Positions 31,367 to 40,912 of a stretch of DNA of 64,000 nt are shown here, piece by piece. The stretch's first letter is position 1. Each line of letters opens with the position of its first letter. The notes under the pieces were generated by a model. The model searched no databases. It was not told the origin of the DNA and worked only from the letters and a program-made list of their open reading frames with translations. The stretch comes from Candidatus Poribacteria bacterium (GTDB taxonomy: Bacteria; Poribacteria; WGA-4E; UBA9662). The position numbers and the translations under genes were made by a program. The DNA lies in NCBI GenBank assembly GCA_036339735.1, contig JAYZAL010000038.1:11023-75022 (forward strand), read 5' to 3'.

Positions 31367-32188
31367 TTAACTCCTACTCATCGTTTGTTCATATCTTTTG
31401 GCCATTTCAGTCCTCTGTTGTTGAAGATAAATTTGTTCCAACTCTCGAGCATTATCTTCACATGGGACTCTGGGTACTTCAATTATTGCCGTAGTAATCT
31501 GATCGTTTCCCCATTTGTAGGCGACAATTTCTCCATGGCTAATAATCAAGTTCATACCTACGTTGGCTTCAACTATTGGCACTCCATTTTCTCTGGCTCG
31601 AGCCAAGACCGTTTGGTTTTGTGCTTTACTCTTAGAACCATATGATGGAATCAAAATCAAGTTAGCGCCATCTAACACTAATGTTCGGATGATAAGTGGA
31701 TTCCACCGGTCATTGCAAATAGCAATCCCAACTCGCCCTAGAGGAGTGTCAAAAGCACGTAACACCTGTCCAACTCGATTGAAGTTCCAGGATGGATGAG
31801 TACCTTCCGCTAATTGTGTTTTATGATATTTGCCAGAAATTTGCCCGTCATAATCGATAAAAATAGCTGCATTGAAAATCTCGTTTCCAATCCGCTCTGC
31901 AAAGCCGAAACTGATACAAGTATTCAGGCTGTTTGCCAAGCGTTGAAACCGCCGGATATAAGATCCATTGATCGGTTCTGCTAAATCAAGCATTTCCTCT
32001 GGAGTTCGAATTTGGTTGATCACATCCATTATGACGTAACCTTCTAGGACGCCTTCAGTAGTGACAATGAGATCTGGTTTATCTTTGGCTGCTTCAACAA
32101 AGAAAGACTCCATTTTATCAGCGTTAGTATCTTTATCCCATTTAACAGGTCGAAGCGAAATCGCAGAAACTTTGAATGCGTCAAACAT
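31367..32188 (-). CDS. Carbon-nitrogen hydrolase (nitrilase superfamily amidase)
   Basis: Catalytic Glu in 'IVTTEG', Cys in 'GIAICNDRWNP', and conserved Lys. Gaps of 3-4 nt to the two downstream genes suggest an operon. Confidence 0.7.
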   Translation of the reverse strand: MFDAFKVSAISLRPVKWDKDTNADKMESFFVEAAKDKPDLIVTTEGVLEGYVIMDVINQIRTPEEMLDLAEPINGSYIRRFQRLANSLNTCISFGFAERIGNEIFNAAIFIDYDGQISGKYHKTQLAEGTHPSWNFNRVGQVLRAFDTPLGRVGIAICNDRWNPLIIRTLVLDGANLILIPSYGSKSKAQNQTVLARARENGVPIVEANVGMNLIISHGEIVAYKWGNDQITTAIIEVPRVPCEDNARELEQIYLQQQRTEMAKRYEQTMSRS

Positions 32189-32624
32189 ATGGCTTGTACT
32201 ACCAAATCGGGGTAATTTAGTGTTAGTTTCTTATTCTAGACAAAAAAAACATTATTAGCAAGAAACCGGGCCAAAAATGGACATTTTCCCGTATAGAGGA
32301 ATAAAATCAAGTCCCGCCCCAAATTACAAAATAGCTGTTGTTTCTCTAAAAAAATTATCGCTCAATTTAAATACTTAAATATTTAAATACAGAAAGCGGA
32401 AAATAACGAGAAATAAAAATCTAGCTAGCCCATACATAGTTCTTAAGATACATCAACCGATTGACAGTCTTCATTTTAGCTATTTTTATATTTCTATTGG
32501 AGGTAATCCCCAATCAATAATAGAAATATAATTTTGGGTGTTGTACAATAGCTCCCTACTTGCGTAGGAATTTACCATGACACCTGAATAACGTTTCCTA
32601 CTTGATGTCTCAGGATATCTGCAT

Positions 32625-33398
32625 TTGAAAAGCGTATTAATCGGTAAAGAACTTGAGCAATGCCAAAAGAGTGTAGAACAGTGTATTCGTACACCTGTTG
32701 ATCAACTTCCATCAGGAATGAGTAGTTCTTACCCTGGTACAGATACGAGTATCGGTGGAATTGGTAGTGGGTTTTCATACAATAAATCATTGGAGCAGTT
32801 GCTTTTCCATCCGGACACTTGGCCTATTGTCAAAGAACTAACCGATAACAAACCTCGGTTCGATAGAGGTACCTTAGCGGTTAATACACATCTTACTACT
32901 CAAATGACCCCACTTTACTGCGCTAGAGAGGACTTTGGCTGGCAAAGTACTCGATATGGGTATAGGAACGGACGCATATTCTGTGATACTTTTGTCATCT
33001 TCTTTTACTTCACTGATGTTTATCCAGGCGATGGTGGATTAATTGTTGTGCCGGGTTCACATAGGGTTGAGGTTCAACGCCCTGCAAATTACTTTTTTCC
33101 TGATCTCAAGAACCCGAAAATTGATAATTTACCACAGATTACAAACATAACTCCTAAGGCTGGAGACGTCATTGTGATCTCAGAACTTCTAACCCACGGA
33201 GCATTGATATGGAAACCGACAGACCGAGAAAGAAGATTTCTAATCCTTTGCTACAACCCACAATATTTTTATTATCAGAATGGTATTCGTGATGAAGTGA
33301 TACCTAGACTTTCACCAGAAACAAAAGAATTGATCGCTTTTGCCTCTTTTACAGAAACCAAGGATATTTGCAACCGAGAAGTAATTGAGTTATCGTAA
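32625..33398 (+). CDS. PhyH-family dioxygenase (paralog group A); intact ORF starts at TTG but the ancestral start appears to be ATG 32577 with TAA at codon 5
   Basis: 'LIVVPGSHR' and 'LTHGAL' motifs. Upstream in frame: 'ATG ACA CCT GAA TAA CGT TTC CTA CTT GAT GTC TCA GGA TAT' reads MTPE*RFLLDVSGY, aligning with paralog N-termini 'MTEEQKYLFDLQGY'. An AGGAA Shine-Dalgarno is positioned for the ATG at 32577. Confidence 0.6.
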   Translation: MKSVLIGKELEQCQKSVEQCIRTPVDQLPSGMSSSYPGTDTSIGGIGSGFSYNKSLEQLLFHPDTWPIVKELTDNKPRFDRGTLAVNTHLTTQMTPLYCAREDFGWQSTRYGYRNGRIFCDTFVIFFYFTDVYPGDGGLIVVPGSHRVEVQRPANYFFPDLKNPKIDNLPQITNITPKAGDVIVISELLTHGALIWKPTDRERRFLILCYNPQYFYYQNGIRDEVIPRLSPETKELIAFASFTETKDICNREVIELS

Positions 33399-33655
33399 TT
33401 CCACACTAGCTCAAATAGCATTTAGGTTGCGTATTACAACTCAGCTTCCAACTCTTTATCCTAAGATCCAGATAGCAATATCCGACTTCATTTGTATTGA
33501 ATCAAAAAATCACCTACATTTACCTGAGATGCGTACTGAATAACTGTACTAATCTACGGCCCCCAACTTCGCTCCGGAAATTTTACGATATCGTTTGCAA
33601 TTACTTAATCACAGCCGAGCTATCAAGAGGGAAGAACTAAAATTTTTCGTAGGGC

Positions 33656-34111
33656 ATGAATGGAAATAAACGCTTCAAAACTAAAATTGATTGGTGGTTG
33701 GCTGCCTTATTGTGCGTATCGCCCCTCATTTCTCTTCTTACGCTGTTAGGTTTCTACTTACTTGGTATTTCCTATGCATGGCTAAGCTGGCTTGGGGTTC
33801 TAATTGTTGGTTTAATCTACGCTGGGCTGATTTTCCCGTTGTATTATGAACTCGAAGAAAAAACTTTGTTGATACGATTCGGGTGTATTCGTTCCAGAAT
33901 ACCTTACCAACGTATCAACAAAGTTATTCCGACTCGCAGTACAAGTTCCAGCCCAGCCTTATCCTTAGATAGACTCTACATAGATACAGGGGATAATTTA
34001 GCCGTTAATATATCCCCAGCCAATAAAATTCGTTTCTTACAAGCTCTGGAAGAAAAAGCCAATCATCTTGTATTGATCGACAATCAGTTAGTAATAAAAA
34101 ATGAGTTATAA
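33656..34111 (+). CDS. Membrane protein with bacterial PH domain (bPH_2/YdbS-like)
   Basis: Two N-terminal transmembrane helices followed by 'LIRFGCIRSRIPYQRINKV...LSLDRLYIDTG', which resembles the bPH_2 pattern. Confidence 0.45.
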   Translation: MNGNKRFKTKIDWWLAALLCVSPLISLLTLLGFYLLGISYAWLSWLGVLIVGLIYAGLIFPLYYELEEKTLLIRFGCIRSRIPYQRINKVIPTRSTSSSPALSLDRLYIDTGDNLAVNISPANKIRFLQALEEKANHLVLIDNQLVIKNEL

Positions 34112-34472
34112 GAAGTTGGGTTTTTGTACAAATTTTTTATCCGACATCAATACAAACTATAAAATTGGTGGTCTCTGTTTACCTGACAAGATAAGAGGAG
34201 ACTATAAACAATGTCATGCTGCAGATTTGAGTAACGATTATTCTAATCTAAATAATGTGTTAGCATATACACGGTAAGTCGATAGAAAAGATAGATTTGA
34301 CTCTTGTTAAAAAGTAGGGGGTATAATTTTAGCTGTCGATACAAACTAGGAAAACAGAACTTGGATATATTGTCAAAGTTTTTAGACTTGAACTTACAAA
34401 CAAATCATATAAAGAGATTGACATTCTCTAAGTGCAAAAGCAAGTATAATACCTATTTGAGGGAACAAAATA

Positions 34473-35087
34473 ATGTTGCAGGTTAATAAATGGTACTACC
34501 GGTTTCTAATAACGTTGTCTATTATTTTTCTGGTTAGCTGTCAGAGTAAGGAAACACCCAAAGAATTAACAAATACATCCATCCAGAGTCAACCCTCCAG
34601 TAATACTTCTCAGGTCCAAAAAGATACTAATTTGAATTACACCGCGGCCAGTGGTTGGATACGACAACAACCATCTTCATCAATGAGACACGATCAATAT
34701 GAATTACCTGGTCCTAAAGGTGTTGAAGCTGCAACCTTAGCAATCTTTAAGGGGATTGGTGGATCAATCAGTAGCAATATCGACCGATGGAAAAAGCAAT
34801 TCGTACTGCCTCCAAATGGTTCAGATCCTGACTCGGTTAGGAAAGAATCCAAGGTTATCAATCAAATACCAGTACATATTGTTGCTGTACAAGGGACTTA
34901 CCTTAAGCCTAGAATGCCGATGATGATGGATGGTCCCAAAGTGGAACTCAAAAATTATGCTCTACTGGCAGCAATAGCTGAAACTAAGGATGGATTATGG
35001 TTTTTCAAAATAACTGGACCTGAAAAAACTGTTATGATGTGGCAAAACGATTTTGACAATTTCATCGGTACATTTAGATTAAATTGA
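34473..35087 (+). CDS. Lipoprotein, unknown function
   Basis: Signal peptide with lipobox 'LVSCQS', then a Ser/Thr/Gln-rich linker and a globular domain. Confidence 0.4.
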   Translation: MLQVNKWYYRFLITLSIIFLVSCQSKETPKELTNTSIQSQPSSNTSQVQKDTNLNYTAASGWIRQQPSSSMRHDQYELPGPKGVEAATLAIFKGIGGSISSNIDRWKKQFVLPPNGSDPDSVRKESKVINQIPVHIVAVQGTYLKPRMPMMMDGPKVELKNYALLAAIAETKDGLWFFKITGPEKTVMMWQNDFDNFIGTFRLN

Positions 35088-35204
35088 TTAATTCTATGTT
35101 TTTCGCACTGCATCTAAATCAATTCTTGTTTAAGATAAGGTCTAATAATTTTTGTGTTTTAGCTAGCTCAAATCATACACTAAATCAACTGAGTAAGTAA
35201 CCCT

Positions 35205-36032
35205 ATGGTCGAGTTGACAAATAAACAAAGAGATAGTTTCTTTCGGACTGGTTTTTTCATCGTGCCAGGTGTCTTTGATTCAGATGAAATTAAGGAGATG
35301 AAGAATAGCTTTCAAGCACTGCAAAAGACGGCTTTTTCCCTTGCTAATCTGCACCTGGAACAATTAAAACAAGAGAAAGAGACCTATATAATGCATCGGG
35401 GAGCACAATTTGTCTTAGGTCAAGTACAGAGAGGTACTCACTCAGGGCAACCTGCTATTCGCCGGATTTCATGGTGTGGTGCAGCAGAACCAACGTTGTC
35501 AAGATATGGAAAAGATCCTCGACTATTGTCTGTGGCCAGCCAATTACTGGGGGCTAAAAAGATGAATCAGCTAATCAATCAGGCTCATTTTAAATTGCCC
35601 GGGGACGAAGTATTTTTTGAATGGCATCAAGATAGTACCCATCGCGGTTATGGTGGGAAATATTGGCAAGATATCAACGGGCAAGGAAGTTATGTGCAAA
35701 CCCTGATAGCACTGGATGAGATTACTAGTACTAATGGCCCCGTTTGCTTCATTCCTAATTCTGTTAAATTGGGGCATCTGGATCTACCCCAAAATCTGAA
35801 TAACTGTTTAGCAACAGGAAAAATCAGATTAGAAGATGCCATTCCTATTGAAATGCAGGAGGGAAGTTTAGCAGTTTTTCACCCTTATGTTATTCATGGT
35901 AGCGAGCCTAACCGCTCAAAAGAAACACGCCGAGCATTCATCAATGGATATGCTTACCCGGGGGCTAACGCTAGAAAATATCCTGGAGAAGGCGCTGGCC
36001 GAATTGTTGTCAGCAAACCGTCGCTAAACTAA
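35205..36032 (+). CDS. PhyH-family Fe(II)/2OG dioxygenase (paralog group B)
   Basis: 'EWHQDSTHRGYGG' and 'VIHGSEPNRS' metal-binding motifs. Confidence 0.65.
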   Translation: MVELTNKQRDSFFRTGFFIVPGVFDSDEIKEMKNSFQALQKTAFSLANLHLEQLKQEKETYIMHRGAQFVLGQVQRGTHSGQPAIRRISWCGAAEPTLSRYGKDPRLLSVASQLLGAKKMNQLINQAHFKLPGDEVFFEWHQDSTHRGYGGKYWQDINGQGSYVQTLIALDEITSTNGPVCFIPNSVKLGHLDLPQNLNNCLATGKIRLEDAIPIEMQEGSLAVFHPYVIHGSEPNRSKETRRAFINGYAYPGANARKYPGEGAGRIVVSKPSLN

Positions 36033-36044
36033 CCATTAGTTGAG

Positions 36045-36596
36045 ATGGAGATTAATAAAGCAGCTTTGCAGCTTACTTTTTTCATCTCCATCTCAACTAA
36101 TCTGCTAGCACTAGAGCATATAGACAAAAAGCGAGTACTCGCAGTAGAAATATTGTCTTTTAGCTTTGGAGGTTTCTTGGGATATTACGGAACCCAAGTA
36201 GGTAATGGTAAATATGAAATTGGATTAGGTTTGGGTTATTTTGAGCCTAATGGTGAAAATGTAAATGCAATTGGTTTTTATCCATCCATACGGGCTTTTC
36301 ACTTTGGTCGCCCGAAAGGTGTGTTTTATGAAGCTGGATTTGGTCTGGGAAGATTCAACTGGGATTACAAAGAATCATCTCAACCAATAAAAAAAATATT
36401 GTTGTTTCCTTCACTCTACCTTGGATACAGAGTAGTATCATCAAAATTAGGGTTAACTTTTACATCCTACCTTGGAACAAATTATATTTCTAGTTCATTG
36501 CAAGCACCAGATGGAAAGGTTGCAAAATTTGGAGACATTAGGCTAAATCGTGGCTTATCACCAGCGTTAGGTATGGAGATAGGGTATTTATTTTGA
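36045..36596 (+). CDS. Gly/aromatic-rich secreted protein (possible small outer-membrane beta-barrel)
   Basis: N-terminal hydrophobic segment. Alternating Gly/aromatic pattern 'GLGLGYFEPNG...GFGLGRFNWDYK'. Ends 'GYLF', an OMP-like C-terminal aromatic. Confidence 0.3.
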   Translation: MEINKAALQLTFFISISTNLLALEHIDKKRVLAVEILSFSFGGFLGYYGTQVGNGKYEIGLGLGYFEPNGENVNAIGFYPSIRAFHFGRPKGVFYEAGFGLGRFNWDYKESSQPIKKILLFPSLYLGYRVVSSKLGLTFTSYLGTNYISSSLQAPDGKVAKFGDIRLNRGLSPALGMEIGYLF

Positions 36597-36665
36597 TATC
36601 AATCTTTTTTAAGGAAGATTAATAATCAACTTTCAGAACCTGAATTAAAAAAGTGAGGGAATAAC

Positions 36666-37409
36666 ATGACCGAAGAGCAGAAATATCTATTTGATCTTCA
36701 AGGGTATATTGTACTGAAGGATGTTGTACCATCATCTGTTATAGCGAGATGTAATCAATCACTAGATCGACTTGAGGATATGCGTCCCCAAGATTTCCCT
36801 CCACCTCTTTGCTTAGGCACACAAAAAACAGAAAAAGAACTCTATATTTCTAATATTCTGGAATCTGATACTGCTTTCAATTTTTTGATTGATATTCCTG
36901 AAGTTTTATCAATAATTGATGGTGTGACCTATGGTTCATATCGACTTAATCACACCTATACTATCTATCGGTGGGCAGACGGTTATTCAGGCTTACATGG
37001 GCACAATACCCCAATCAGTTATAAATGCCAGTATCATTTCCGCGATGGTGAAATGATTTCAACCTTAACCAAGGCCGTCTTTCCATTAATTGATTGTAGG
37101 GTTGAGGATGGTTGTTTTGCTGCTATTCCAGGGTCACATAAAAGTAATTTTAATCGGCCTTGGGGTAACCATCCTGATGAAAACCCAGTTTTGATGCCAA
37201 TCCTAGCGGATGTTGGAGACGCTATCATTTTCACTGAAGCGTTAACACATGGTTCTGTGGTCAATACTTCAGGTCGCCCACGACGAACTCTTTATTACTG
37301 TTACAGCGTTGGCTACATGCCAGACTGGGGCGGACAAGGATTAACCTTTAGTGATCACGTTATGGAAGGTTTGACAGAAGCTCAAAAAGAAATCATCCGC
37401 CTAAAATAA
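36666..37409 (+). CDS. PhyH-family dioxygenase (paralog group A)
   Basis: 'MTEEQKYLFDLQGYIVLKDVV' N-terminus shared with the genes at 44245 and 32577. 'IPGSHKSNF' and 'LTHGS'. GAGGGA Shine-Dalgarno. Confidence 0.65.
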   Translation: MTEEQKYLFDLQGYIVLKDVVPSSVIARCNQSLDRLEDMRPQDFPPPLCLGTQKTEKELYISNILESDTAFNFLIDIPEVLSIIDGVTYGSYRLNHTYTIYRWADGYSGLHGHNTPISYKCQYHFRDGEMISTLTKAVFPLIDCRVEDGCFAAIPGSHKSNFNRPWGNHPDENPVLMPILADVGDAIIFTEALTHGSVVNTSGRPRRTLYYCYSVGYMPDWGGQGLTFSDHVMEGLTEAQKEIIRLK

Positions 37410-37469
37410 GTATTTTGCCTTGAACAAGTAGTATCTGTAATAAGCATTCAAGTAATTGTAAATCTCGTT

Positions 37470-38912
37470 TTGAGGAATATATTAAAATTAAGAAAAAATT
37501 CGGTATTTCTAATCATTCTGGCTTATCTAACGAGCATCGTTAATGCCGAAGAGTCAGTAAATGATGTTTTAACAAGGGATACTATATTTCCATCTGATCG
37601 AGTTTTAGACGTTAAAATTACCATCGACCCCGAAGATTGGAATACTATTTGCCATCAAAGTCGAGACTTTCGGACTGCATTAGCCGATAGGCGACAATAC
37701 CATCCCATTGCCCATCCTTATACATACGTCGAAGCCATGGTTTCCATTGATGGAATTGGATTTGATCGTGTAGGCATTCGCAAAAAAGGATTTATTGGTT
37801 CTCAAAATCTAACCCGACCATCACTCAAAATAAAGCTAAATCACCTAGATAAACAGGGCCAGATTGATGGGGTAACGAATTTGACTTTTAACAATAATCA
37901 ACAAGATACTAGTCTGATTAGTCAATTTATGGGCTATGGATTGTTTAATGCGGCTGGTTTGCCTGCCCCACGTTGTGCTTATGCACACTTGAGTGTCAAT
38001 GGTCAGAGTTTAGGTATTTATTCACATGTAGAAAGAATACATCGATCTTTTCTGAAGCGAAATTTTGGTGCTGATGACGGAGTCTTATATGAGGGAACCG
38101 TAGTAGATTTTTTTGAAGATTGGTCAGGAAGTTTTGAAAAAAAACTAGGCAAAGACAAAATAGGTCGTCCGAGAATTAAACAGCTAATTCGTGCGCTACA
38201 GCTCGATAATCATGAAATTGAAAGTGCGATGAACGATTTGATTGATCTAAACTCTTTTTATCTGTTTTGGGCAATGGAAGGATTACTAGGTGCTTGGGAT
38301 GGTTACTCAGGAAATAGTAATAATTTTTTTGTTTATTTAAATTCAGACACAAATAAATTTCACTTTATTCCTTGGGGAGCAGACAGTTTATTTGAGCGAT
38401 TCAGTCACATCAAGGACGATAGGAAAGATCCTATTTCTGTCAAGACCAAAGGGTTGGTAGCACACAGGCTATACCAATTAACATCAGGTCGCCGGCGCTA
38501 TGAACATGCATTAAGAGAAATTTTAGAAAAGCATTGGAGCGAAAAAGATCTTATATCAGAAACAGAAAGATTAGAGGAGTTACTCAAACCCCATCTGTTA
38601 ATTTATCAAAAATCCAGAATCAGCTTTCAAACTCAGAATAAAGCCAAAAGTAAACGGAACGAGAGAGATTTCGATCAATCGTTAGAACAATTTATCGAAT
38701 CGATAAAAAAGAAAAAGAAATTTATTCGTAAACGACGAACTGAAATTATGAGGGAAATTTCCGGAGGAATGCCAGAGTGGGATACTGATCCGGAATTACC
38801 ATTTCTCATTAGTGGTATGGAGAAAGCTATGTCATTTTTCGCTGGTTGTATAGGTGGAGGGTGTATTGGGTTTTCTGCAGCAATACTGGTTGGTTGGCTG
38901 ATCGATCTTTAG
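37470..38912 (+). CDS. CotH-family (atypical kinase-like) protein with signal peptide and C-terminal transmembrane anchor
   Basis: 'PSLKIKLNHLDKQGQIDGVTNLTFNNNQQDTSLISQFMGYGLFNAAGLPAPRCAYAHLSVNGQSLGIYSHVERI' and 'KFHFIPWGADSLF' match the CotH consensus as I remember it. Terminal hydrophobic 'FFAGCIGGGCIGFSAAILVGWLIDL'. Confidence 0.65.
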   Translation: MRNILKLRKNSVFLIILAYLTSIVNAEESVNDVLTRDTIFPSDRVLDVKITIDPEDWNTICHQSRDFRTALADRRQYHPIAHPYTYVEAMVSIDGIGFDRVGIRKKGFIGSQNLTRPSLKIKLNHLDKQGQIDGVTNLTFNNNQQDTSLISQFMGYGLFNAAGLPAPRCAYAHLSVNGQSLGIYSHVERIHRSFLKRNFGADDGVLYEGTVVDFFEDWSGSFEKKLGKDKIGRPRIKQLIRALQLDNHEIESAMNDLIDLNSFYLFWAMEGLLGAWDGYSGNSNNFFVYLNSDTNKFHFIPWGADSLFERFSHIKDDRKDPISVKTKGLVAHRLYQLTSGRRRYEHALREILEKHWSEKDLISETERLEELLKPHLLIYQKSRISFQTQNKAKSKRNERDFDQSLEQFIESIKKKKKFIRKRRTEIMREISGGMPEWDTDPELPFLISGMEKAMSFFAGCIGGGCIGFSAAILVGWLIDL

Positions 38913-39073
38913 TCTCAGGATAAGATTTATCTCTATCTGAGTAATTAACATGTCAAATCATAGATTGACTACAAGACAATAATTAATTATCCTAGAAATA
39001 GCTCGAACTAATTTGTTTCTTCACTATTACTTTTAGTTTCACCATCTTTTATAAACTGTGATTACGTGATTTT

Positions 39074-40912
39074 ATGCTCAACTTGCGACAGCTCCTTTTT
39101 CAATTAATTCGATTTCCGGTTGTTTTAGTAATTCTTGGCATCTTTGTGTTAATCATAGGTCACGGTTGTGTGAAAGAAGACCCAGCTGAAAAATTACCCA
39201 CTTCCGATAGAGGTTCAACTCTTATTTCAAAAGTTGATAGAAAAGACACTGTAATTTTTGATCTTGGTGGTAATGTTATTCCTGATCCACATAATCTCAA
39301 TCCATTGGTCCCCTCACCAACAGGACCTGGTATGCATCAGTGTGTGTGGGAACCTTTGTTTATTTTGAATTATGAGACAGCAGAAATTGAGTCCTGGATT
39401 GGAGAATCCTTTATATCTAATCAAGAACTTGATGTTTGGACGCTAACGATTCGACCTGATGTTAAGTGGTCGGACGGTGAAGCCTTTACGGCAGACGATA
39501 TTATTTTCACCATTAATACCCTACTTGCTGATGACACTCAATCTCTTGGAGATTCCGCTAGTATGCAACAGTGGGTCGAACGAGTTGAAAAGGTTGGACT
39601 TCTGAAGATCATATTTTATCTGAAGAGCCCCAACCCTCGTTTCAAATTAGATTATTTTTCGGTGCGAGTTGGTGGTAGCATGGTCATCTTACCAGAACAC
39701 ATATGGAGTGATAAAGATCCTTCTACTTTCAAGTTTTACGATCCCAAAAAAGGGTGGCCAATTGGTACAGGCGCCTACCGCTTGGTCAGTACTAGTATGA
39801 ACGAGGTTGTTTTTGATCGTCGAGACGACTGGTGGGGAGCCAAGTCAGGCTTCCAACCCTTGCCCGAGCCTAAACGTTTGATTTGGTTAATTACGGGCGT
39901 AGAAGAGAATCGGGCTTTACTGGCGGCGAATAGCGAACTCGATAGTCTTACTGATATAACATTGGGTGCGTTCGAGAGTATTCGTGCCCAAAATTCTAAT
40001 ATAGTAGCCTGGAAAGATGAGATGCCTTATGCATGGCTGGACCCTTGCCCAAGGCAGCTATCGGTCAATCATACAATTCCTCCTTGGGATAACCCAAAAA
40101 TGAGGAAGGCTATTAGCTTGATTATTGATCGACAGCAGATTGTTAAAATCGCTTATGAGGATACCTCATTTCCTTCCAAAACAATTTTCGTTGAGTATCC
40201 AGCAATGAAGCCATATATAGATGCTATTCAGGACCTTTGGATCGACCCAAAAAGTAACGTTTCAGCCGGGCGGCAACTAATTGAAGCTGAAGGTTGGCAA
40301 CTCGGAAGCAACGGATATTACCAAAAGTCAGGTGAAGAACTTTCTCTGAACATACAAACACATGCAGCGGCAATTGAGCTACGACGAGTAGGAGATGTGA
40401 TTGTCGAACAACTAAGATCGGCAGGGATTTTGGCTACTAATCGTGCTATTACTGGAGCAACTTGGCAGGAGAATAAAGCTTTTGGTAAATTTGAGGCCGT
40501 GGTAGATTGGGATGCTTGTGGATCGGTTAATGAACCTTGGTTGTCGATGAATCGGTACACTAACCGATTTCTACGTCCCGTTAACCAAAGGTCTCCTAGT
40601 GGTAATAACCATGTACGCTGGAGTGGTAGCCGAGCAGATAAATACAGTGAAATTGTGGCAAAAATCGGGGTTATGCCACTTGGGGATCCGAAAATTGAGG
40701 CTATGGTAATCGAGGCCATGAAACTCTTTATGGATGATCAAGTAGTAATTCCAATAACTCAGGCCCGGAAACTAGTCCCGTTTATTACCACTTATTGGGA
40801 AGGTTGGCCAACAGCTAAAAACAATTATTTTCATCCACCAACTTGGTGGATGAGTACACATCGGATCATTCAGGGCCTAAGAAGGACTGGAAACAACCCT
40901 AATAGAAAATAA
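39074..40912 (+). CDS. Orphan ABC transporter substrate-binding protein, family 5 (OppA/DppA-like) lipoprotein
   Basis: Signal peptide plus 'IGHGC' lipobox. 'TLTIRPDVKWSDGEAFTADDIIFTIN' is the typical SBP_bac_5 motif. It is a paralog of 51928-53898. No adjacent permeases. Confidence 0.6.
   Translation: MLNLRQLLFQLIRFPVVLVILGIFVLIIGHGCVKEDPAEKLPTSDRGSTLISKVDRKDTVIFDLGGNVIPDPHNLNPLVPSPTGPGMHQCVWEPLFILNYETAEIESWIGESFISNQELDVWTLTIRPDVKWSDGEAFTADDIIFTINTLLADDTQSLGDSASMQQWVERVEKVGLLKIIFYLKSPNPRFKLDYFSVRVGGSMVILPEHIWSDKDPSTFKFYDPKKGWPIGTGAYRLVSTSMNEVVFDRRDDWWGAKSGFQPLPEPKRLIWLITGVEENRALLAANSELDSLTDITLGAFESIRAQNSNIVAWKDEMPYAWLDPCPRQLSVNHTIPPWDNPKMRKAISLIIDRQQIVKIAYEDTSFPSKTIFVEYPAMKPYIDAIQDLWIDPKSNVSAGRQLIEAEGWQLGSNGYYQKSGEELSLNIQTHAAAIELRRVGDVIVEQLRSAGILATNRAITGATWQENKAFGKFEAVVDWDACGSVNEPWLSMNRYTNRFLRPVNQRSPSGNNHVRWSGSRADKYSEIVAKIGVMPLGDPKIEAMVIEAMKLFMDDQVVIPITQARKLVPFITTYWEGWPTAKNNYFHPPTWWMSTHRIIQGLRRTGNNPNRK

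Noticed and set aside
15467-33398. Possibility that TGA or TAA are sense codons (alternative genetic code), because in-frame TGA falls at a Trp position and TAA at Gln positions
   Set aside because: All long ORFs in the window terminate with standard TAA/TAG/TGA and are otherwise uninterrupted. Only a few genes show these codons, together with frameshifts, so pseudogenisation under a GC-to-AT mutation bias is the simpler explanation.
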